A stretch of 64,000 nucleotides of DNA, taken from an uncultured Pseudomonadota bacterium (GTDB taxonomy: Bacteria > Pseudomonadota > Gammaproteobacteria > Burkholderiales > JALYOK01). Where the stretch lies: the NCBI GenBank assembly GCA_963714525.1, contig CAVQPB010000021.1, positions 16,149 to 80,148 of the forward strand, written 5' to 3'. The stretch's first letter is position 1. Each line of letters starts with the position of its first letter. Positions 19,963 to 27,440 of the stretch are shown here, in pieces. The notes below the pieces were generated by a model, which was not told the origin of the DNA, did no database searches, and saw only the letters and a program-made list of their open reading frames with translations. Made by a program: the position numbers and the translations under genes.

Positions 19963-21067
19963 TTAGATTTCCTTCGTATAAGGGTAACCCAATGCATGCG
20001 CAACGGCTTCGTATGTCACCGCACCGCGATGAATGTTTAAACCATTGCGCAAGTGCTTATTCTCTTCGACCGCACGCCGATAGCCTTTGTTCGCGAGTTC
20101 GATCACGAACGGCAACGTTGCATTGGTCAACGCCAAAGTCGAGGTGCGCGCGACGCCACCCGGCATATTGGCAACGCAATAGTGGACGATGCCATCGACC
20201 ACAAAAGTCGGATCCTGATGCGTTGTCGGCCGGCTGGTCTCGACGCAACCGCCTTGATCGATGGCGACATCGACGATCACCGATCCTTGCTTCATCAACC
20301 GCAACATGTCGCGCGTGATGAGCTTGGGCGCTGCTGCACCGGGCACCAGCACGCCGCCGATGACGAGGTCCGCTTCCGGTAAGCGCCTGTTCGATCGCGG
20401 TCCGGGAGGAAAAACAGGTCATCAGGCGCGGGCCATAAAGATTGTCGAGTTCCTTCAGCCGAGCGAGCGAGACATCGAACACCGTCACCTGCGCGCCCAT
20501 GCCCAAGGCGATGCGCGCGGCGTTGATGCCGACCACGCCGCCGCCCAATACCACCACATTCGCCGGCGGCACGCCCGGCACGCCCGACAGCAACACGCCT
20601 AGACCGCCTTGCGCTTTCTCCAGCGCGTGAGCGCCGGCTTGAATCGACATGCGCCCCGCCACTTCGCTCATGGGCGCGAGCAACGGCAATCCGCCGCGAT
20701 CGTCCGTTACCGTTTCGTAAGCGATAGCGACGGCATCGGACTCGATCAACAGGCGCGTTTGTTCCGGGTCCGGCGCGAGATGCAAATAGGTAAACAGCAC
20801 TTGGCCGGGGCGAAGTTTTTTGCACTCGCTGGGCTGCGGTTCCTTGACTTTCACTATCATGTCCGCCCTCGCGAACACTTCTTCTGCGCTGGCGGCAATG
20901 ACCGCACCGGCGGCAAGATACCGCTCGTCGCCAAAACCAATGGCGGCGCCCGCGTTGCGTTCGATCAATACGGAATGCTGATGTCGGACCAGTTCTGCCG
21001 CGCCCTGGGGCGTGAGTCCGACGCGATATTCGTGATTTTTGATTTCTTTCGTTACACCGATCTGCAT
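19963..21067 (-). pseudogene. ald: alanine dehydrogenase interrupted by a +1 frameshift (or single-base sequence error)
   Basis: The N-terminal 230 residues (MQIGVTKEIKNHEYRVGLTP...[11 protein letters not shown]) are in one frame. The remainder ([20 protein letters not shown]...[13 protein letters not shown]...) is in another. Removing one C of the CC at 20376-20377 restores a canonical Ald. Confidence 0.8.
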
Positions 21068-21272
21068 GATCGTCGCTTTCTATATTTGCCTGAAGCAATT
21101 TGCCTTAGGCATCTATGTGAGCCTAGCCGAGGAGCCAATAGGGATGCGGCGCTCAAGCCATGCATTGCCAACGACCAGTATCCTCGCGCTTCTGCGGCGT
21201 GTCAACTTAGTAACGTTGTCTCACGCATTCGCCGGCGACGCGTTCGACCGCCGTAAAGAAAACCCAAATGAT

Positions 21273-21337
21273 CGTAGGGTGCGCATTGCGCACGCGGACA
21301 GTTGAGCGTTAACCGCGTGCGCGGTGCGCACCCTACG
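21273..21337. repeat. Repeat family D copy 1 (CGTAGGGTGCGCA...TGCGCACCCTACG palindrome)
   Basis: Arms are CGTAGGGTGCGCATTGCGCAC and GTGCGCGGTGCGCACCCTACG. The element starts 13 nt beyond the stop of the PuuB-like gene. It is related to 62308-62366. Confidence 0.65.
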
Positions 21338-21350
21338 GCTTGCTTCGGAT

Positions 21351-22649
21351 TCAGCCGAGCGCGTCGCGCAAACGATAGTACAAAGTTCCCAGCACCAATC
21401 CCGGCGTGCGCAGCGTACGCCCACCCGGAAACGCGCGGTGCTGGATACGGGTGAACACATCGAAGCGTTCCGCTTGTCCGGCGATGGCTTCGGCGGCGAG
21501 TTTGCCGGCCATGCCGGAAAGGGCGAGGCCGTGACCGCTGAAGCCTTGCAAGTAATAAATATTCGGCGCCAGGCGATTGAAATCCGGCGCGCGATTGAGG
21601 GTGATGTCGATCATGCCGCCCCAGCCGTATTCGACTTTTGTGGCCTTCAATTGCGGATAAAGCCCAACCATTTTCTGGCGCAGCCATTCGACGCCGTCGC
21701 TGCTATCGTGTTTCGAATAGGTCGAGCGTCCGCCCCACAGCACGCGATGGTCCGGTGTAACCCGGTAATAGTCGAGCAGGAAGTTGCTGTCGCATACGGC
21801 GGCGCGATGGCGAACCAAACTGTCGGCCAATTGTGGATCGAGCCGCTCCGTCGCAAATACCGTGCCGCCGACGGGCATGATGCGCTCCTCTAAATTGGGT
21901 GCGAGATCGCCGATGAAGACGTTGGTGGCGAGCACGGCGAAACGGCAAGCGACATTACCCGTAGCAGTTTCAATGCGTGGTCGATCGCCTAGCTGCAGCG
22001 ATTTGACGTGACTGTGTTCGAAGATTTTTACGCCGGCAGCAATGCAGGCTTTTGCTAGACCTAACGCATATTTCAGCGGATGAATGTGGCCGGACAATCG
22101 GTCGTAAACGGCAGCGTGATAATGCGCGCTTGCCGTCCATTGCCCGACTTGTTGGGGTGGGATGTATTCCACGAATTCGCCGTAACCATATTTCGCACGC
22201 AGTTCTTCGTGCCATTCGCGCAAGTGCGCGACATGAGACTTGCGCGCGGCAAGCAGCAACCAGCCGGGCGTGAAGTCACAATCGATTTGCAATCGCGCCA
22301 TACGCTCGTACACGAGCCTCACGCCCTCGACGGAAATATCCCAGGCGCGCTTTGCATCTTGCAGGCCCAAGTGTTTTTCGATGGCGCCGTTATCACAACC
22401 AAACCCGACGATGACTTGGCCGCCGTTACGCCCCGATGCGGCCCAGGCGATTTCGCGGCTTTCCAGCAGCGCGACGGAGAATCCGCGCTGCGCCAATTCC
22501 AGCGCGGCCGATAGGCCGCTCAGCCCACCACCGACTACGCAGACGTCGGCGTCGATGTCGCCATTAAGTGTCGGAAACGATGGGCCACGCGGCGCGGTGG
22601 CGGTGTAGTAGTTGTTGCCGGTAAGTTGGTCGGTTTGGGTGAAGACCAA
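21351..22649 (-). CDS. FAD-dependent oxidoreductase (gamma-glutamylputrescine oxidase PuuB-like)
   Basis: 432 aa. Dinucleotide-binding motif DVCVVGGGLSGLSAALELAQRG. DAO-family pattern (ASGRNGGQ). The apparent start is TTG and is uncertain. Confidence 0.8.
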   Translation of the reverse strand: MVFTQTDQLTGNNYYTATAPRGPSFPTLNGDIDADVCVVGGGLSGLSAALELAQRGFSVALLESREIAWAASGRNGGQVIVGFGCDNGAIEKHLGLQDAKRAWDISVEGVRLVYERMARLQIDCDFTPGWLLLAARKSHVAHLREWHEELRAKYGYGEFVEYIPPQQVGQWTASAHYHAAVYDRLSGHIHPLKYALGLAKACIAAGVKIFEHSHVKSLQLGDRPRIETATGNVACRFAVLATNVFIGDLAPNLEERIMPVGGTVFATERLDPQLADSLVRHRAAVCDSNFLLDYYRVTPDHRVLWGGRSTYSKHDSSDGVEWLRQKMVGLYPQLKATKVEYGWGGMIDITLNRAPDFNRLAPNIYYLQGFSGHGLALSGMAGKLAAEAIAGQAERFDVFTRIQHRAFPGGRTLRTPGLVLGTLYYRLRDALG

Positions 22650-22673
22650 GGTAACGAAAACCTATTACTAGTT

Positions 22674-22751
22674 GTCGTTCCCGCGAAGGCGGGAATCCAG
22701 TTGAGCCTTTACGAACGTCAACACTGGATTCCCGCCTGCGCGGGAATGACG
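22674..22751. repeat. Repeat family B copy 2
   Basis: GTCGTTCCCGCGAAGGCGGGAATCCAG (22674-22700) is mirrored by CTGGATTCCCGCCTGCGCGGGAATGACG (22724-22751). Confidence 0.7.
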
Positions 22752-22772
22752 AATTTGATACTCTCTTGCTTA

Positions 22773-23705
22773 TCATTTTTTGTGTCGAGCGATTCGCCCG
22801 CACAAATACGTCCAAACAAAAAACGCGGCCGCATTGCTCGTCAACTCCGCATGATCATAAGGCGGCGCGACTTCCACGCAATCCATGCCGACAAACGGCA
22901 AATCGCTTAGCTCTTCTAGAAATGTCGCGACCTGCGCGGTACTCATTCCCGCCGGTTCCGGCGTCCCCGTTCCGGGTGCGAAGGCGGGGTCGAGGCAATC
23001 GATATCCAAGGTCAAATAAGTCGGCGGCGAACCTGCCGCGCGGATTCGCGCGCGTATATCATCGAGCTGTGAGGCAAGCTGGGTGCGGTTCTCCAGGCCA
23101 CGCAATTGGTGAGCGGTATAGATTCTGCCGCCCCGGGTGGTAACGTATTCGCGCGCCGCTTTGTCGCCGGAAGAGCGGATCCCGATTTGTATCGTCGCCT
23201 CCGGTATCACCAGGCCCTCTTGCAGCGCTTCGTAAGTCCAGGTGCCGTGGCCCGACGGCTCGCCGAAATGATTGGTCCACGTGTCGCAATGGGCGTCGAA
23301 ATGTATCAACGCCAAAGGTCGGCCATAGTGCTCGCGATACGCGCGCAATAGCGGCAAAGTAATGGAGTGATCGCCGCCCAGCCAGCACATGTGATGTTTG
23401 GCGATGAGTTCGAGCGCGAGGGGTTGTAACGTTTCCCGCATGGCCGATAAATTAGTATTCGGCAACAGCAGATCGCCGTAGTCCGTCAGCGACTCCTTCG
23501 GCGAACAATCGAACACCGGATGCACGCCGTCACACAGCATGTGGCTGGCACGGCGTATGGCGTGGGGGCCGAAGCGCGCACCGGGCCGATTGGTCACCGC
23601 TCCATCGTAAGCGATTCCCGCGACCGCATAGGCGCGGCTCGAATCGCGTTCGGCGACGTCGAGAAAACTTTGTTTGGTCAGAAAGGCAAAATCGTGTTGG
23701 CTCAT
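22773..23705 (-). CDS. ureohydrolase family enzyme (agmatinase / guanidinobutyrase-like)
   Basis: 310 aa. Mn-binding motifs HFDAHCDT, GGDHSIT and DIDCLDP are present. N-terminal ARFGPHAIR matches the family. Confidence 0.85.
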   Translation of the reverse strand: MSQHDFAFLTKQSFLDVAERDSSRAYAVAGIAYDGAVTNRPGARFGPHAIRRASHMLCDGVHPVFDCSPKESLTDYGDLLLPNTNLSAMRETLQPLALELIAKHHMCWLGGDHSITLPLLRAYREHYGRPLALIHFDAHCDTWTNHFGEPSGHGTWTYEALQEGLVIPEATIQIGIRSSGDKAAREYVTTRGGRIYTAHQLRGLENRTQLASQLDDIRARIRAAGSPPTYLTLDIDCLDPAFAPGTGTPEPAGMSTAQVATFLEELSDLPFVGMDCVEVAPPYDHAELTSNAAAFFVWTYLCGRIARHKK

Positions 23706-23787
23706 GGAGCCATAGTAAGGGGCTGTTCCAAAAACGTCAAAACATAGTCGCGAGTGATTTGTGTGCCGACCCGGTTAAAATGAGCGT

Positions 23788-24429
23788 ATGAATATTCCGA
23801 TCGACGACGTCATTCATCTATTGCACTCGGTGAGCCATGGCGCGTTGGCGACCCTTTCGGAGCGAGTCGAAGGTTATCCATACGCGACCGTCTTGCCGTT
23901 CGTACTGGATGAGCAGCATAGTCCGGTTTTTCTGATCAGCTCATTGGCGGAGCATACAAAAAATTTGCTGAGCAACCCGCGTGCGAGTCTGGTGGTATCA
24001 GAGGAATCTCAGGCAAACGTGCTGGCGGGCGCGCGGGTCAGCCTGACGGGCGATGTGACCCAGTGGAACGCGGACCAACGATTTGTGGCGAGATATTTGC
24101 GCTATCAACCCGATGGGGAACGTTACCTAGCCTTGGGCGATTTCGCATTTTTCCGTATGACCGTAAAGCACGTGCGCGCCATCGCGGGTTTCGGCGCCAT
24201 GGGTTGGATCGAGCCGGAACGCTGGTCGCAAATCGCCACGTTGTCCTCGGCCGCCGAAGCCGAAACTATCAAGGGCATGCAAATATTGTTTTCCGATAAT
24301 TTTCACTTGCTCGGAATCGATCCCTATGGCGCAGACTGTGTGCGTGCCGGGGTTCGCGAGCGCCACCGTTTTGAAAACACACCGCTGAGTGGTGAGACGC
24401 TGAAGCACGCGTTGCGTGCATTAGGTTGA
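23788..24429 (+). CDS. pyridoxamine-5'-phosphate-oxidase-like split-barrel protein (HugZ/DUF2470-like)
   Basis: 213 aa. HGALATLSERVEGYPYATVLPFVLDEQHSPVFLISSLAEHTKN is typical of PNPOx-like FMN/haem-binding proteins. Confidence 0.6.
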   Translation: MNIPIDDVIHLLHSVSHGALATLSERVEGYPYATVLPFVLDEQHSPVFLISSLAEHTKNLLSNPRASLVVSEESQANVLAGARVSLTGDVTQWNADQRFVARYLRYQPDGERYLALGDFAFFRMTVKHVRAIAGFGAMGWIEPERWSQIATLSSAAEAETIKGMQILFSDNFHLLGIDPYGADCVRAGVRERHRFENTPLSGETLKHALRALG

Positions 24430-24460
24430 GATTTCCCGGAATTGCCCCCACAATTATTAA

Positions 24461-25243
24461 ATGACAAATCCCACACGCTTACCCGTCGTGTTTTTCGGAC
24501 ACGGCAGCCCGATGAATACGTTGGAACGCAATGACTACACCGAAACTTGGCGTGCGTTCGGCGCGTCGATCGCCAAACCGCGCGCAGTGTTGATGATATC
24601 CGCCCACTGGTACACCCGTGGCACCCACGTCACCGCCATGGACACACCGGAAACGATACACGACTTCGGCGGATTCCCTCAGGCCCTGTTCGATTTTCAG
24701 TATCCTGCGCCGGGCGCGCCGGAGCTTGCTCAGCGAGTCGCGGACTTACTCGCGCCGCTGCCGGTGGGGCTCGATCGCGAGTGGGGGCTCGATCACGGCG
24801 CGTGGTCGGTGCTCGCCCACGTTTATCCCGATGCCGATGTGCCGGTAGTGCAGTTAAGCATCGATCGCACGCAGCCGGCGCAGTTTCATTACGATCTCGG
24901 CAAACGTCTGGCGCCATTGCGCGATGAGGGCGTGTTAATCGTCGGCAGCGGCAACGTGGTGCACAACCTGGGCATCATGAATTGGCGCGAGCAAACCGTG
25001 GCTTACGATTGGGCGGTGCGGTTCAACGATTTGGTTAAGCGCTCACTTGCGTCAGGGGATCACGCCCCGCTCATCGGCTACGACCGGCTCGGCAACGACG
25101 CAGAGCTTTCGATTAATTCGGCGGAACACTATTTGCCGTTGCTTTACATCGTTGGGTTGCAAAACGCCGACGATAAATTGACTATGCTTACCGATGGTAT
25201 ATTCGGTGGCTCGATTAGTATGTTGTCGATTTCGATTGGTTAA
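24461..25243 (+). CDS. ygiD: 4,5-DOPA dioxygenase extradiol (class III extradiol dioxygenase, YgiD-like)
   Basis: 260 aa. LPVVFFGHGSPMN...ISAHW...DHGAWSVL...GSGNVVHNL matches YgiD/LigB-type dioxygenases. Confidence 0.85.
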   Translation: MTNPTRLPVVFFGHGSPMNTLERNDYTETWRAFGASIAKPRAVLMISAHWYTRGTHVTAMDTPETIHDFGGFPQALFDFQYPAPGAPELAQRVADLLAPLPVGLDREWGLDHGAWSVLAHVYPDADVPVVQLSIDRTQPAQFHYDLGKRLAPLRDEGVLIVGSGNVVHNLGIMNWREQTVAYDWAVRFNDLVKRSLASGDHAPLIGYDRLGNDAELSINSAEHYLPLLYIVGLQNADDKLTMLTDGIFGGSISMLSISIG

Positions 25244-25267
25244 GCTAGGCCCTTCAACGTCCATAAG

Positions 25268-25298
25268 GCACCCAGCTTAGCGGGTAGGTGCTTTTTTT
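25268..25298 (+). terminator. putative Rho-independent terminator after ygiD
   Basis: GCACC...GGTGC stem (alternative inner pairing is possible) followed by a T7 run at 25292-25298. Confidence 0.45.
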
Positions 25299-25362
25299 GG
25301 TTTGTCAATCGTTACCGAAAGACCCTGCCGCCTCTCGGTATATAGCAAATATTGCGGGTCGG

Positions 25363-25719
25363 CTACGCAGCCGCACGCAGCGGTGCGCGAATGATAATTT
25401 CGTCATAAGGGGCCATGAGCTTATTCGCATCGTCACGCGTGATCAACCCACGTTCTTCGAGCTCGGCAACGTCCGTATGTACTCGTTTGTAGTCGCGTTC
25501 TAGTGCGAGCGCTAAGCTTCGAATCGACAAACCCGGGTGTTCGGCCACAAAGCGCAATAGCTCGATGCGCTTCTCCGAGAGCAAGGAAGCGAGCTCGGCC
25601 ATCGAATCGAAACCGAGAATTGGTTCGATCGCTCCGCCGCGCGCTGCGGTATTGGCAATCTTTTTGAACTTGCGCAAAGCCTTCGCGGGAGAAAAAACTT
25701 CGGCGGTGATTCTTTTCAT
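25363..25719 (-). CDS. winged-HTH DNA-binding protein, putative antitoxin (TumA-like)
   Basis: ATG at 25719. LLSEKRIELLRFVAEHPGLSIRSLALALERDYKRVHTDVAELEERGLI is a MarR/ArsR-type wHTH. It sits 35 nt downstream of the putative toxin gene. Confidence 0.6.
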   Translation of the reverse strand: MKRITAEVFSPAKALRKFKKIANTAARGGAIEPILGFDSMAELASLLSEKRIELLRFVAEHPGLSIRSLALALERDYKRVHTDVAELEERGLITRDDANKLMAPYDEIIIRAPLRAAA

Positions 25720-25754
25720 GAAATTAGCCTTTCCGTGTAGTTCGCTCGGTCCGA

Positions 25755-26060
25755 CTATTTGCCCCAATCCCATCCACGTCGAGCGCACTCTTGTTGAAAC
25801 TCATCGAGCAGCGCATCAACCGTCGTGAACTCGTAGGGCTCTTCGACATTTTCGAGATGGCGATGCGCGGCCTTTCCGGTATGCGTGTCATAGAGAACCA
25901 GACACTCGTCCGCTCGGCCGAAATACAATCGGAAATGAAGGCCGTGTGGTCGATGATTGTCCGGGCGTGGTATTCGATAAATCTGCATCTCCACGATCAA
26001 GGCGCCCTGGCGCGCTTTATAGGAAAAGAGCTGCTCGGCCTTCGACATATGGCGTATCAT
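25755..26060 (-). CDS. DUF6516/TumE-like putative toxin
   Basis: About 100 aa. IYRIPRPDNHRPHGLHFRLYFGRADECLVLYDTHTGKAAHRHLENVEEPYEF resembles the TumE-family pattern. This is from memory and was not searched. Confidence 0.5.
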   Translation of the reverse strand: MIRHMSKAEQLFSYKARQGALIVEMQIYRIPRPDNHRPHGLHFRLYFGRADECLVLYDTHTGKAAHRHLENVEEPYEFTTVDALLDEFQQECARRGWDWGK

Positions 26061-26250
26061 GCCATAGTTGGGCTAGTACATCAAGCCTACCTGGACGGTC
26101 AATGATAATTGCGCCGATCCCTCACATTTATCGGCTCAAACTCCCAACCGGCAATGCTGTGAGGGTTACTGTTGCGCTATTGAATTATTTTGACGTTCCG
26201 CTAAGAACCGCGCCCCACTTGCCTCGTGGCGAAGCAAGCCCTGTGAAGTT

Positions 26251-26585
26251 GTCAATACCGGGCTGATTCTGCAAGAACTGCTGCAAGGGTTTTTCGGTCC
26301 TCGGGCACGCAAGGAGATCATCAAGCGATATAGTGCTCTGCCTGTCTTGCCCCTGATCGGAAGGACTACATTGATTCTGTGGAGCTTCGCAACCAATGTT
26401 GTCGTGCCCGCGTACAGATCGCGACCACCGACGCATTAATTTTACGACTCTGCATAAGCCATAAACTGGTGCTGCTGACGACCGCTCAAGACTTTGCGCA
26501 TGTGGCGCCGAATTGCCGTTGCAAATGTGCAACGATTAACCTAAGCGAACGTACGATCGCACTTACGATAGCCGAATTCATATGA
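26251..26585 (+). pseudogene. decayed PIN-domain (VapC-like) toxin gene, N-terminally truncated and frameshifted
   Basis: One frame reads LILQELLQGFFGPRARKEIIKRYSALPVLPL. A second frame continues ...VQIATTDALILRLCISHKLVLLTTAQDFAHVA, which is the PIN C-terminal motif D-x-x-I-A...L-x-T-x-x-x-D-F. No intact ORF spans both. Confidence 0.4.
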
Positions 26586-26607
26586 CTTGCGGAATCGGCC
26601 ACCAGTT

Positions 26608-26629
26608 GACATCGCATTGTGCGGCGCAA
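26608..26629 (+). repeat. 22-nt direct repeat, left copy (GACATCGCATTGTGCGGCGCAA)
   Basis: 20/22 identical and in the same orientation as 33519-33540. Together they bracket the CHASE2/CHAT segment. Confidence 0.5.
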
Positions 26630-27440
26630 GAGAGCAGTTTCGGGGTGGAGCCGCTATTGACAACGAAACGAATAATTTTCTCGAGTGGTCTCGGCTCAGC
26701 AAGCAAAAATCGGGGCACCGCCATTTGCGAAGAGTCGCTACCGGGCAACGCATTTTGCTGAGCTTCAGCCATCAACGAAATCGCACGCGACGCTTATGGG
26801 CAATTTGACAACATGTGTAGTTGGCGACAGATTGCCTCGCAGTTCCCTCGAAAACGCGTGCGAGCATCTGATCTCGCCTTGACATAGTTTTCCAGTTTGA
26901 GGAACTCGTGAATTCGAACTCGCGTTCCTCGTTGATCGTTGATACGGCGAATTTAACTATGTATTCCATGGATGGTCCCCGCGATAGAACCGGGAACTGT
27001 GTATTCGACGTATCACGCCCGAACGCGCCGCGTGCCGCGAAAGTGGGTCTGGTTTACCGGTAAAGCGTGAAGCAGCTGATGCCAATCGGATGGCGAACCT
27101 GGATGAATTCACCCGCTAGCGGTCATGGTAACGCCTCGTCACGCAGCTAGAGCAATGACACCAATTTAGTGGGCCTTGCTCCCAAGAACCACTCGGTGTT
27201 CTTTTGTGTCAAAATTAACAAAACCCTTCTTGTCAATTTGCGATGCATGGGGAGCTACAGATCCTGGAGGAGAGGTAGGCGTTGTTTGAAGAAGATGACG
27301 TTATGTGTAGAAAGCCCACTGTGCAAGCGACGGTGCACCTGACATCACCGTCGTCAGGCTGCCGGACGTACAGATCGTCTCGCATGCAAAGCGTTCGAGT
27401 TTCGCGGCGGGATTGAAGCGCGCGTCACACAGGATAATGC

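Noticed and set aside
20057-21256. Alternative-frame ORFs over ald (20295-21098 minus, 20609-21256 plus, and others)
   Set aside because: The translations are Arg/Gly/His-rich and overlap a clearly recognisable ald reading frame.
26772-26969. 65-aa minus-strand ORF with an SD-like GGGGA as a real island gene
   Set aside because: It is not reported as a feature. It is short, has no recognisable family and lies among gene debris. It is kept only as a candidate in the findings.
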